DNA from: a virus
DNA: 64,000 nucleotides
Virus record (IMG/VR): IMGVR_UViG_3300042691_053605
Span: 32,001 to 96,000 of that record
Strand: one strand, 5' to 3'
This document shows, in pieces, positions 1-8,947 of this stretch (positions within the stretch are counted from its first letter, which is position 1; each line of letters opens with the position of its first letter). The position numbers and the translations under genes are program-made. The notes under the pieces were generated by a model, which did no database searches, was not told the DNA's origin, and saw only the letters and a list, made by a program, of their open reading frames with translations.

Positions 1-426
1 TTTACCTGCTGATGTTGCAATTTCACTGATGTTTCGGCGGTACTTTAAGATTGGTATGCACGCATCAATTTGATAATCGCGAGGCTTAATTTTTGGATGA
101 TCACTAAAGAAATCAGAGACCCATCCGCGAAAGTCGGCTTCATCAAATTCATGATCTATAACTTCATTGAATCCAGCAACTTCTAATTTGAAATGATATT
201 TATCACAGACCTGGTTGAGTTCATTCCATAGTCCTACGGGTATACGATTGTATCGGTCAATAAAAGATATGTAACCATCCCATACGCGTTTTTTCACTAG
301 CGGATGGAACCTCCAGTTACTGATGCGTTTTTTGAATGAATGACGGATTTGATCCATCTCCAACTCATTAGCATCAGTGATCTGAATAAACCTCTTATCC
401 GGCGTTATTTCAGCTTTCACTTGCAT
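1..426 (-). CDS. uvsW: UvsW-like SF2 DNA helicase, N-terminal part (runs off the window)
   Basis: Manual translation MQVKAEITPDKRF...WDGYISF...PRDYQIDACIPILKYRRNISEIATSAGK contains the Q-motif (PRDYQ) and the start of Walker A (TSAGK). It lies near a UvsY-like gene. Not in the ORF track. Confidence 0.85.
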   Translation of the reverse strand, partial: MQVKAEITPDKRFIQITDANELEMDQIRHSFKKRISNWRFHPLVKKRVWDGYISFIDRYNRIPVGLWNELNQVCDKYHFKLEVAGFNEVIDHEFDEADFRGWVSDFFSDHPKIKPRDYQIDACIPILKYRRNISEIATSAGK

Positions 427-1204
427 TAGAGTTATTTTTAAGAGTTTTAAGGTACTCGATTATTGGTTTTTTATTCCAATTTTTATGATAGTTTTCGCAA
501 AGTTCCGAAAATTGTTTCTTTGCTATTTCTAAGTCTTCATCTTCTAAAATAATTGCCTGAATTCCACCTGGGTGAGCAATCCAGACCTCGGCGCGCTTTA
601 CGTGTCTACCAGTTCTCTCCTCGTAGGCAATAGAATACGCGCCTAATTGTTTTTTGTACTTGGAAATTTGATCCTCTCCGCGAGGTGAACTTGCGCTCTT
701 AAAATCTCCAAGAATATCTCCAGTTGGAGTTTCCTCTGCATCAATATAACCAAAATCCGCAGTTCCTGCAAACCCAAACTGGTGAGACCATAAGAACTTT
801 TCAGAAAAGATTGGTTTTTTCATCTGTTCAAACAAGGAGGATTCCAACATATTGTAAAAGAGATCTCGCCCTTTTGCAATAGTTGCATCATCAAATTTTC
901 CTGCCAAATCTTTTGCAGTTTTTTTCTGTGCATAAAGCAAACACTCGTCAGACTTTCCTCGATAGCCTATACACACCAAATAGTTTTCCAAAAAAGTGTG
1001 CATAACAGTACCGCGGTCCGCGGCTTTTCTTGATATTTTTGCCAGTTCCTCTTCACCAATATCTGAGGCTAATTTTTCTAACCAAGGCGCGGGCTCGAAA
1101 GAGAGCACGGTTGTTACTGATGGATAGATGTTAATCTCATCTCCGGACTTTACCATGTAAACTCGACCGTGTGGAGTATCTACTCTTTTTATTTGTTGGT
1201 TCAT
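410..1204 (-). CDS. PD-(D/E)XK exonuclease (Cas4/lambda-exo-like phage nuclease)
   Basis: YPSVTTVL, RGTVMH, FAGTADF, GDFKS and QLGAY motifs. Confidence 0.85.
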   Translation of the reverse strand: MNQQIKRVDTPHGRVYMVKSGDEINIYPSVTTVLSFEPAPWLEKLASDIGEEELAKISRKAADRGTVMHTFLENYLVCIGYRGKSDECLLYAQKKTAKDLAGKFDDATIAKGRDLFYNMLESSLFEQMKKPIFSEKFLWSHQFGFAGTADFGYIDAEETPTGDILGDFKSASSPRGEDQISKYKKQLGAYSIAYEERTGRHVKRAEVWIAHPGGIQAIILEDEDLEIAKKQFSELCENYHKNWNKKPIIEYLKTLKNNSNASES

Positions 1205-1668
1205 CCTCTTCTGTATTCTTCCAGGGCTATTCGGTGTTTAACACCATAGGATATAGTATCAATGCTTCTAAGAGTTTCTCTCATAAATTCAAGGTGGTTC
1301 TGCAAGATTTCTCTTCGTTCCACTAAATCTGCAAGATCCACATCAATAAACAGCATTTTAGGATCCTTATCTAGCCGTAGATCGTAATTTTGAGTGTAGT
1401 GTAAAAATCGCTCGCGTTTCCGTTCCCGGTAAATTCGATTGACTTTTGAAGAATGAGCTACAAGTTCATGTACATATTCACCAGCGATTTGTCTCTGTGA
1501 ATAGAGGTCAGTTAGCATTTCTGCTACATCATATATGTTTCTCAGTCTTTCTGATAGAGACTGTACAACTTCTGACCACTTTTCTCGCTCTTTTGAAAAA
1601 CGTACGTATAACGCATCATTTTTAGAAGAGGTTTCCATTTCCTGTGTCCTTTCTTCTGACATACACAT
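1201..1668 (-). CDS. uvsY: UvsY-like recombination mediator
   Basis: Helical 155-aa protein ending ...LEFMRETLRSIDTISYGVKHRIALEEY, resembling the UvsY C-terminus. Clustered with UvsW and SSB. Confidence 0.65.
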   Translation of the reverse strand: MCMSEERTQEMETSSKNDALYVRFSKEREKWSEVVQSLSERLRNIYDVAEMLTDLYSQRQIAGEYVHELVAHSSKVNRIYRERKRERFLHYTQNYDLRLDKDPKMLFIDVDLADLVERREILQNHLEFMRETLRSIDTISYGVKHRIALEEYRRG

Positions 1669-1876
1669 TTATTTTAGTGTCTGACTTCTTCTTCGGGGCT
1701 GTCGCCTCAAATTGAGTCAGAGTATTTATTTCAGGCAAATCTGTGTTGAAACTAGCTATGCCTTTGAGTTTTTCTGGTACTTCTAACCATAAATCATCAG
1801 ATCCAATATGCGTCGTATCCGTTGGTTGAGAAGTAATCTCCGAATCTTGGTAGTTCAATTCCTTTTCTTTTTGCAT
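1622..1876 (-). CDS. Hypothetical protein overlapping the primase 3' end
   Basis: 84-aa ORF filling the gap between primase and UvsY on the coding strand. Confidence 0.5.
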   Translation of the reverse strand: MQKEKELNYQDSEITSQPTDTTHIGSDDLWLEVPEKLKGIASFNTDLPEINTLTQFEATAPKKKSDTKINVYVRRKDTGNGNLF

Positions 1877-2882
1877 ATATTAATAGGTCAGATAGGTCCA
1901 ATTTCTTATTAGGAGACTGTTCAATACCCGCGGCTTGCAGGTACTTTTTCCATAAGAAAACAGGATATCCTTCCTCAATTTTTTTCATAGCGGCCTCGCG
2001 ACCAGCAATATCATAATCATACATATACCGAAGCTTACCCATTTCCAGTGGAAAGTCATTTTTAGAGGAACATGTTGCAACCGCGTTCTTAAATAGGAAA
2101 CTATCAAGAGGTCCTTCGAACACCGTTATGGGCATCTTAAAGTCCAGATTAAGTATACCAAATGAAATTGATATCTTGTCAATCTCGATCACCTCTGCGG
2201 TTGGTTGTACACCTAAATCTTCATAGATACGGGAAAGTTTCCAGGTCATATATTTTGGCTTTGACTTGAAATTTCTAATTTGAAAGCCAAGAACCTTTTC
2301 TGTACCAGGAATGATATGATATATGTAGAGTTTTTCAGATTCTGCATCCCAAGAAAACTTGGTAAATTCCGGTTGTAGCCTTTTCTTTAGGTAACTGAAA
2401 ATACGGCTGTGATCAATTGGAGATGCGCCATAAAATTCATCCAGTTTTTGACGATCAAACGATACCCGTTCCAGGACACCGCGATCTAAAAAAACAAAAG
2501 GATCAATCTTTTTGGTAGTAAAAGAAGTTTCGGTTTGCTGACTGTTTACATATACAATTTCATCGGTATCAAGTCTTTTTGAAAAGTCTTTTAATATACC
2601 GTTAATTGTACGATGTTTTCCACAGTTATAGCAGTGATAACCGTAATTTTGTAAGTAGAGATTTCCGCGCTTTTTGTGAAGGTCACTATAAGAATCTCCG
2701 CAATACGGGCAGGCAAAATTAAACCTACCTATTTTTTCCGATATTCTCCTCTTCTCCTGCTCAGGAAAGCGCGAGTCCAGTATTTCTTGTAGAAGATTCT
2801 TAATCTTTTCATTCAGTTCCGCTGGAACGACTTCCTTTGATTCAAAAGAAAAGGAGAATGAGTCAAACCCATTCTCCTTCAT
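1797..2882 (-). CDS. DNA primase (T4 gp61-like)
   Basis: Zn finger CPYCGDS...CYNC; TOPRIM motifs VFEGPLDS and YDYD. Confidence 0.9.
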   Translation of the reverse strand: MKENGFDSFSFSFESKEVVPAELNEKIKNLLQEILDSRFPEQEKRRISEKIGRFNFACPYCGDSYSDLHKKRGNLYLQNYGYHCYNCGKHRTINGILKDFSKRLDTDEIVYVNSQQTETSFTTKKIDPFVFLDRGVLERVSFDRQKLDEFYGASPIDHSRIFSYLKKRLQPEFTKFSWDAESEKLYIYHIIPGTEKVLGFQIRNFKSKPKYMTWKLSRIYEDLGVQPTAEVIEIDKISISFGILNLDFKMPITVFEGPLDSFLFKNAVATCSSKNDFPLEMGKLRYMYDYDIAGREAAMKKIEEGYPVFLWKKYLQAAGIEQSPNKKLDLSDLLIYAKRKGIELPRFGDYFSTNGYDAYWI

Positions 2883-2894
2883 ATGTAGAAACGA

Positions 2895-3836
2895 TTAGAT
2901 TGAATCGAACAATTCGTCATCGAATGATTTAGAATCAAATTCATCAAGATTCAAATCATCCAATCCACCGCCAGATACTGTAGGTAGAGGATCATGCGAT
3001 ACCGCGGGTTTAGAAGCGGCTGGCGCAGGTGTAGAAGCAGGAGCAGCAGAAACCTGCTCGCGATTAGACTTTTCAGCAGAAGCCACCATTCTTCCACCAG
3101 GTACTGTGTTACGAATTACTTCGTTTACAAAATCCTCGGTGTTGTTATCCCACTCTTGGTAATCATACATTCCCAAATCAGGAGATTCTTCCAAGAAGGC
3201 CTTGATTTTACCCATGTCTTCTTGAGACTTTTGCATTTCAGTACCATTAATAGAGATTGGAACTCTTTCATCCAAGAAACGACAGTTGTCATAGTTATTG
3301 TAACCAGCAACTTTTGTAATGTGTACAAGGAATGGTTTTCCTTCAAACAAATCGAATGGAATGTGTGGTTTTCCAAACTCGGGCTTCATTTCAGCCTGCA
3401 ATTTGTTGAAGATTTTAATACCGTAAGGCCATACCATAATTTTGCCTACGTTCTCAGGAGCGTTATCATCCTTGATGATTTGTACAAGTGATGCGAAACG
3501 CTGACGGCGAGAGAAGTTTTCCGCCATTTTTTGTTCTGCCACTGAGTCGGATTTTTTGAACTTCCAGAACATGTCCTGAAGAACCGATTTTTTTCCAACA
3601 GTGGAAGGACAGTCGACCATTTTGGCCTCATCATTAGCAGGATTAACTAACCAGCAAGACCATTTTTTCATAATGGATTTCTTGGGATCTTTGTGATACG
3701 GTAAAAAGCGTACTACTGCTTTGTAAACACCGTCTCTACCGGAATTTGCATCAGGCTTAAAGATTGAGGTTGGTTTCCTTTCTTCTGCTTTGAAGTCGTC
3801 GACTGAAAGATTGAAGATGTCATTTAGATTTTCCAT
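2895..3836 (-). CDS. Single-stranded DNA-binding protein (T4 gp32-like)
   Basis: AVVRFLP, YGIKIFNK, PFDLFEGK and YNNYD motifs; Ala/Pro linker; acidic C-terminal tail LDDLNLDEFDSKSFDDELFDSI. Confidence 0.9.
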   Translation of the reverse strand: MENLNDIFNLSVDDFKAEERKPTSIFKPDANSGRDGVYKAVVRFLPYHKDPKKSIMKKWSCWLVNPANDEAKMVDCPSTVGKKSVLQDMFWKFKKSDSVAEQKMAENFSRRQRFASLVQIIKDDNAPENVGKIMVWPYGIKIFNKLQAEMKPEFGKPHIPFDLFEGKPFLVHITKVAGYNNYDNCRFLDERVPISINGTEMQKSQEDMGKIKAFLEESPDLGMYDYQEWDNNTEDFVNEVIRNTVPGGRMVASAEKSNREQVSAAPASTPAPAASKPAVSHDPLPTVSGGGLDDLNLDEFDSKSFDDELFDSI

Positions 3837-3840
3837 AAAC

Positions 3841-3881
3841 TTTTAGATTTTTTAGGTTGTTTTTAGGGTTTATTTTTAGGG
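3841..3881 (-). repeat. Four (C)CTAAAA(A) repeats in the SSB 5' leader
   Basis: The mRNA-sense leader reads CCCTAAAAATAAACCCTAAAAACAACCTAAAAAATCTAAAAGTTTATG. Confidence 0.75.
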
Positions 3882-3894
3882 ACTTAATTACAGC

Positions 3895-3920
3895 TTATAT
3901 ACTCTTTTAGGAAATAGTTT
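3895..3920 (-). promoter_or_regulatory. Bipartite promoter-like motif, class B (AAAC-N14-G-WATAWAA)
   Basis: AAACTATTTCCTAAAAGAG-TATATAA upstream of SSB; the same spacing occurs at four other sites. Confidence 0.6.
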
Positions 3921-4182
3921 TCTGAGATGTTACATCAGATGCATAGGACGTGGCGGCTCTTTTTAGATCAATAATGGATTCGCCGGTTTCCTCCGCTAGT
4001 TTTTCAAAAAATTGATTCTCTTTTTCACGAAGGCTGGTTAGCATTTCACTAAACATGCCTTGTCTTTTTAACATAGACTGAATTTCATTTTCTAGTTTTG
4101 AAACTTCAGCATACGCAAAATCGTACTTCTCCATGAAGTCACGAATTTTTTCTTTATCGATTGCTCTTAATTGGTAGCTCAT
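3907..4182 (-). CDS. Hypothetical coiled-coil protein (likely start MSYQL)
   Basis: Part of ORF 3907..4281; the upstream part overlaps another gene. Confidence 0.6.
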   Translation of the reverse strand: MSYQLRAIDKEKIRDFMEKYDFAYAEVSKLENEIQSMLKRQGMFSEMLTSLREKENQFFEKLAEETGESIIDLKRAATSYASDVTSQKTIS

Positions 4183-4333
4183 TGATTTCGTATATTTCGT
4201 TAAATTGTTCTGGTTCCAGATTTTTTTGCGTAATAAACAGCTTAAAAGCTTCATCATAGGAATGAGCTTTAAGTTTTCCAATAGGCTCCTTGATAGGATC
4301 TGACTTTGAATAAAAAAAGTAGGTTTTTTCCAT
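4154..4333 (-). CDS. Small hypothetical protein (59 aa, MEKTYFFYSK...)
   Basis: Manual translation; directly downstream of a class B motif; not in the ORF track. Confidence 0.55.
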   Translation of the reverse strand: MEKTYFFYSKSDPIKEPIGKLKAHSYDEAFKLFITQKNLEPEQFNEIYEINELPIKSNR

Positions 4334-4339
4334 TTGATT

Positions 4340-4365
4340 TTATATTCACGGTTTTATTAAAGTTT
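4340..4365 (-). promoter_or_regulatory. Class B promoter-like motif
   Basis: AAACTTTAATAAAACCGTG-AATATAA. Confidence 0.55.
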
Positions 4366-4987
4366 TCTCTAGAGTTTTTGCAATCCAATAAGAATCCACA
4401 ATATCGTCAACGGGTTTTAGCCAGGCTCCGCGTTTTGTTTGAAATTCTGCTGGATGGTTTCTTAAAGAAGTTGCAAATTCAGAGTCACAGTCAGAATCAA
4501 TAAACGCCTGAATCATTTGTTCCTTTTTGAAATTTCCTTTTCCCGCAGTTGCTTTAATAGTCATAGGCGAGAAGAACCATAATTGTTCTACACCTATTTC
4601 GCAGTCTTCTAATAAAAAAGATCTCAGCAACCATTGGTAGCCACTAATCTGTGCTAATCGGTTTCCACTAGATCCAAATGAAAAGCCTTCGATTGCAATA
4701 CGATCCTCTTCAGAAAAAGAGTATTCACTTAACATTTTTGAAACGCTACGTGTTTGCATTAAGGCATCGGTAATTGATGATCTCTCACGTTCGGTAAGCA
4801 GCGCTGTTTTTTTCAACGCGGGCTCATCGGGCAAGGCAATCACATTTACACCGTTATCTTTTAGTGTAAGAAAAAAGTCTTCTTTTGCAACGCTATTTCT
4901 GGCAAATGTATAAAAGCGCCATTCACCGGAATTGGTAAGTAGAGTAACCGCAGGAGACTTTATGCTAAAGTCAATTCCTACCGTCAT
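4346..4987 (-). CDS. RuvC-like Holliday junction resolvase
   Basis: RNase H-fold catalytic motifs VGIDFS, IAIEG, TIKATAGKGN and DDIVDSY. Confidence 0.8.
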   Translation of the reverse strand: MTVGIDFSIKSPAVTLLTNSGEWRFYTFARNSVAKEDFFLTLKDNGVNVIALPDEPALKKTALLTERERSSITDALMQTRSVSKMLSEYSFSEEDRIAIEGFSFGSSGNRLAQISGYQWLLRSFLLEDCEIGVEQLWFFSPMTIKATAGKGNFKKEQMIQAFIDSDCDSEFATSLRNHPAEFQTKRGAWLKPVDDIVDSYWIAKTLEKTLIKP

Positions 4988-5310
4988 TTTGTTATACTTT
5001 TAGCGACAGCGGCGCCTAATGCAGTAGATACAAGACGTGATGTAAACATATCATATAATATGCCTTTTTCCACACCCAGTGCATTGGCGATAATTTTTCC
5101 AATAGTAGGGCCGATAATAAAACCAGCAGCTCCACCAATAATAGAGGCAAGAATGCCTTCGTTAATTCCTTCAATACCGTGAATTTCCACAGCCTCTTTT
5201 AGTTCTCTGTAAATTCTTTCGGCTTCACTTTTTTCTGACTCGGTTAGGAATGTAAGATCTACGCTTTCTTCTAGTAGTTGTACGTTTTTTGCTTCGTTGA
5301 AAGTTTTCAT
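4984..5310 (-). CDS. Small virion/membrane protein with glycine-zipper hydrophobic segments
   Basis: MKTFNE start, several [LI]-x-E sites, hydrophobic GILASIIGGAAGFIIG; preceded by GATATATAG. Confidence 0.65.
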   Translation of the reverse strand: MKTFNEAKNVQLLEESVDLTFLTESEKSEAERIYRELKEAVEIHGIEGINEGILASIIGGAAGFIIGPTIGKIIANALGVEKGILYDMFTSRLVSTALGAAVAKSITK

Positions 5311-5331
5311 AGTTTCAATTTGTTTTCTAAT

Positions 5332-5340
5332 CTATATATC
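5332..5340 (-). promoter_or_regulatory. Late-promoter-like motif, class A (GATATATAG)
   Basis: Recurs just upstream of start codons; resembles the T4 late promoter TATAAATA. Confidence 0.6.
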
Positions 5341-5341
5341 T

Positions 5342-5887
5342 TTATTGTAATCTCTTCATTATACGGATGTAGTTGTACTTTAGATTAACTGAGAAATTTC
5401 TGAACTCAGCAGTATTTGAAGCGTAATTTAATTCCAATTCGGAAATTCCGGTCATGGTAATTTGTTGGAAATTAATAGCCACAAATTCAAACCCAGTTTG
5501 ATCTAAAAAAGAAACTGTAAGTTCTGGCAAATACTTCTCTTTGTTATCCAAGTCCCAATACGCAAACATCTGATCAAAGAAAATCCAGTAGTTAATCCAG
5601 CCTTCATATGATTTTAGACTAAGCGTAATTGAACGATCTAAATACCTCTCAATTCTTTTACCGCCTTTTGCAGTTACGGGTTCTTCATATAGTACCTGTT
5701 CTACCGTTTCTGCGTTTAGCGATGGAAAGGTTACCGCTTGAATACTTGCACTCATATAATCCGCTACACTTTCATAAGGCTGTGGCAAACGCTTCAAATA
5801 CGTGGTATACTTATCTACAATTGATGGATAAAAAAAGTTTTGCGGAAAGCGTATAACAAAATTGTTATTTTTACTATTGAGTATCAT
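5342..5887 (-). CDS. Tail tube-fold protein (T4 gp3/gp19-like)
   Basis: IQAVTFPSL, ITLSLK...NYWIF and ISELELNY...FSVNLKY pattern of tube/terminator proteins; 181 aa. Confidence 0.6.
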   Translation of the reverse strand: MILNSKNNNFVIRFPQNFFYPSIVDKYTTYLKRLPQPYESVADYMSASIQAVTFPSLNAETVEQVLYEEPVTAKGGKRIERYLDRSITLSLKSYEGWINYWIFFDQMFAYWDLDNKEKYLPELTVSFLDQTGFEFVAINFQQITMTGISELELNYASNTAEFRNFSVNLKYNYIRIMKRLQ

Positions 5888-5890
5888 GTA

Positions 5891-8134
5891 TTAAAGCATT
5901 TTTGTAAATCCTTGATTTGCTGGATTCTTATTTGAGGAATCCAGAGTAGAAGACGGGTTAACCACCGAGTTAGGCAATAAATTAGCCAAAAAGTTGCTTG
6001 GCATACTAAAGTTTGCAACTCCTGGAATTTCTACAATATTTACTACGGGTGTACCACCAGCCTGACCGGCTTGAGCCTGCGCTGCTTGCTGTATTGCTGC
6101 CTGTTGTGCAGCTTGGGCTTGCGTTAACACAGATTGTTGTGCCTGTATTTGTTCAGCCTGAGCCTGCAGTGAAGCCAACAGAGCCGCGTTTGCTGATGAC
6201 TGGTTGCTGATAGCCGCTACCGCTTGCGAGGCGGTTTGTTGAGCCTGCGAAATCTGTGCAGCTGCTATAGCGGAAGCATCAGCAGCGGCGGCTTTTGCCT
6301 GCTCTAATTGAGCATTTGCCTCATTAATTTTTTGGTTGATGCCGGCTAAAATTTCGTTTTTCCCGGTAATTTGTGAATCTATAGAACTAATAATTGAACT
6401 GCCTTCAGCAACAGTACCGGTACCTTTATTTTCAATACTGTCAAACTTTCCAACATAGAGAACAGTCTCAGGATCTGTTTTGTTTACCAGGTAATAGTTT
6501 TTATCAGCAGACGCAAGAATTTTGGTAGCAGTGTCTGGGTCAATTCGATATACAACTTCTCCCATTGATGGATCCGCTAAATTAATGTCAATATAGGGGT
6601 TTACATAGAGACGATTATTATCCGTGGTATTAAATGCAAGTGCAACATTTCCAATAAAGGAAGACATATCAAAAGAAACATTAGTTGTTTTGTCTGTTGA
6701 TAGCGTAAACACCTTAAATTTAATCATATTGTCAAACTTACCCAGATAAATTATGTTAAATCCTTGTGGCCATATAGTAGATCCAAGAGGCGTATTAATA
6801 TCTGCGGTACTAGAGAGACTAATCATATTGGTATCATAAAAAGTAGGTACTACCACTTTTTGTGTGATTACTTCTCTGGGAGTATTTAGACCAAGAACAC
6901 TTTCAGTATCGGAAGGCTCCATTTGAGTAATTTTATTAAACACTTTTACCGGTGTAAATCCTTGAAGCAGATTAATTTTCTCTAATTGCTTTCCGTATTT
7001 TTTTGCATCTGTTGAAGTGTATGAAGATTTTCTAACAACCTCGGTATTATCTACACGGTTAAAGAATCTCATGGTATAATCAACGGTATATGAATACGCT
7101 ATAGAGGCATTTAGAATTACCGGTCTAAAAATTGCAGGTTGATCAAAGTTATTGTCCTGTAACATTGTCATATTGGAAGTTCTCAGAGAAGAGGTTCCAA
7201 CCTGCTCGTACACATCAATTTGATTAATTACTACCCAGTCTCCACCAATTGAATTTAGATCGTTAATGTAGTTTTCAATAAACGCTCCGTTCCATGTAGG
7301 ATAAAATTCAATGTAATCATTTACCGCATTTTCTTGAATAACTACCGCTAGCTGTGAATAGTTATCCGCGGTATTAAATGCTGCGGTGTAGTCATTACCA
7401 GTATTAAGGTAGAGATTTCCATTTAGAACTTCCGACGAATCAATTTCATGTAGTACCGCATATATTTGCGAATTTTGCAAGAACCCTACATTGTTAAACG
7501 TGTAGTTATACCCGATAGTATTTGTAGCAGTCGGGCTGTTCCAAAAGTCTTGATTCACATCATATAGTGATGGAACTTTTACCTCAATATATCGGTCATA
7601 CATACGATCTCCTAAAAATAGAGGAGTCGAATTAAAATTGATCTGATCCTGGCCGCGCAAATATACATGATTGCATGCATCAAACCACTGAACCGAGGTA
7701 GATCCGGTTTGCTGCCATTGTTTCCAACGAAGCTGCAATATCAAACCGTCCAATCCAGGGAAATCAAACCCAGACAATATGTGTAAGCGAACCGTATCAT
7801 ATTTTCCTGCAATAGAAACCAGATTTGCTGTTTGATTTGTTACCTCAAAATTGGAATCAATATCGTAAATAGGCATTGGCGAATCAATATCAAAATACGC
7901 CCATCGGTTACTAATGGTTCCTGTTAATCCCGCACTTCTGTCTAAAACATTGCCTGTTAAATTTACAGATTGATTGGTATTCAAAAACTGATAAGACCCA
8001 ATATATTTGTTATAGAGGCGAAGAGCCCCGGCCGCTCCTGAAATAGAGGAGGACAGAGGAATACTTTCGCTGTTATATTGGTACTCAATTAATGCGTACC
8101 GGCTAATCTGAATATAGGCTGATGTTCCTGGCAT
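5891..8134 (-). CDS. Virion structural protein with C-terminal Ala/Gln-rich coiled coil
   Basis: 747 aa; beta-rich N-terminal part; AQ-rich helix; structural gene context. Confidence 0.6.
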   Translation of the reverse strand: MPGTSAYIQISRYALIEYQYNSESIPLSSSISGAAGALRLYNKYIGSYQFLNTNQSVNLTGNVLDRSAGLTGTISNRWAYFDIDSPMPIYDIDSNFEVTNQTANLVSIAGKYDTVRLHILSGFDFPGLDGLILQLRWKQWQQTGSTSVQWFDACNHVYLRGQDQINFNSTPLFLGDRMYDRYIEVKVPSLYDVNQDFWNSPTATNTIGYNYTFNNVGFLQNSQIYAVLHEIDSSEVLNGNLYLNTGNDYTAAFNTADNYSQLAVVIQENAVNDYIEFYPTWNGAFIENYINDLNSIGGDWVVINQIDVYEQVGTSSLRTSNMTMLQDNNFDQPAIFRPVILNASIAYSYTVDYTMRFFNRVDNTEVVRKSSYTSTDAKKYGKQLEKINLLQGFTPVKVFNKITQMEPSDTESVLGLNTPREVITQKVVVPTFYDTNMISLSSTADINTPLGSTIWPQGFNIIYLGKFDNMIKFKVFTLSTDKTTNVSFDMSSFIGNVALAFNTTDNNRLYVNPYIDINLADPSMGEVVYRIDPDTATKILASADKNYYLVNKTDPETVLYVGKFDSIENKGTGTVAEGSSIISSIDSQITGKNEILAGINQKINEANAQLEQAKAAAADASAIAAAQISQAQQTASQAVAAISNQSSANAALLASLQAQAEQIQAQQSVLTQAQAAQQAAIQQAAQAQAGQAGGTPVVNIVEIPGVANFSMPSNFLANLLPNSVVNPSSTLDSSNKNPANQGFTKML

Positions 8135-8136
8135 TC

Positions 8137-8937
8137 TTAGAACTTAATAATGTTATATGTAAGACCAAAAGTTACACCAAGTCCTACATAAATAGCAGGA
8201 CCCTGTAAGCCACGGCCAACACTGATATTAGGGCCAACGCTAAAACCCACGCCCCATTTTTGTGGTTTTCCTTGAAACAGTGGATTATTCTTTCCGGGAA
8301 TAACTGCACCTTGAATGTCGGTAACCGTAAACCCAGGATAATCGCTTTTTACAAAAATCTTATAGTCATCTCCTTCTTTTGTTAAGCCGGTTATGAGTTT
8401 GATTCCCATTGCGTCCTTTGTAATATCCGTAAGTCCTGGATAGAAAGTACTGTCATTTGTAAATCTTAAACGGGTAAACCCAGAAAGTTTGCGGTAATTT
8501 CCATCGCTAAACGTAGTATCATAATTCCATGAAAGCTTAAAGTTTTTAGGATAAGATCCTGCGGCTAAATCGCCTGCCGCCTCGATATCGCCTTCATCCT
8601 CAGATAATGCAGTTTCTAAACCAGCAATTTGCGAACTTAGTTCTGCATTAGCAGATGAAAGCATCATTACCTTACCTTTTTGTTTTTGAACCTCATCATA
8701 CAGATCTTTATTAAGCTCTTTTAATTGTTTTTCTGAAGCAATTAGTGTACTCTTTTGAAACTGTAGTTCTCCTGCTCGATTTTTTACCGCGGTAACCGTA
8801 TCAAGTAGCGCGCGCTGATTTTGGCCAGCCAGCGCAATTTCCTGTTTTAGCTCCGCAGTACTACTGCACTGTTTTAAGAAGAGCAACAGAAAAATTACCG
8901 TTGCCAAGAGTAGACCTATTATTAGTTTGTTTTTCAT
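8137..8937 (-). CDS. Membrane-anchored coiled-coil protein with C-terminal beta-hairpin (candidate spanin-like)
   Basis: N-terminal TM helix, coiled coil, C-terminal KWGVGFSVG...GVTFGLTYNIIKF. Confidence 0.55.
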   Translation of the reverse strand: MKNKLIIGLLLATVIFLLLFLKQCSSTAELKQEIALAGQNQRALLDTVTAVKNRAGELQFQKSTLIASEKQLKELNKDLYDEVQKQKGKVMMLSSANAELSSQIAGLETALSEDEGDIEAAGDLAAGSYPKNFKLSWNYDTTFSDGNYRKLSGFTRLRFTNDSTFYPGLTDITKDAMGIKLITGLTKEGDDYKIFVKSDYPGFTVTDIQGAVIPGKNNPLFQGKPQKWGVGFSVGPNISVGRGLQGPAIYVGLGVTFGLTYNIIKF

Positions 8938-8947
8938 ACTGTATTTA

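Noticed and set aside
410-1204. Cas4 as part of a CRISPR-Cas system
   Set aside because: No cas genes or repeat-spacer array were seen; it sits in a recombination cluster and lacks the Cas4 Fe-S cysteine pattern.
2994-3491. 165-aa + strand ORF and the many other short antisense or nested ORFs in the track
   Set aside because: They are shadows of long, well-supported minus-strand genes and have no motifs or promoters.
3841-3881. TTTAGG(G) units resembling plant or algal telomeric repeats
   Set aside because: There are only four imperfect, non-tandem copies in a gene leader; an mRNA leader element explains them better.
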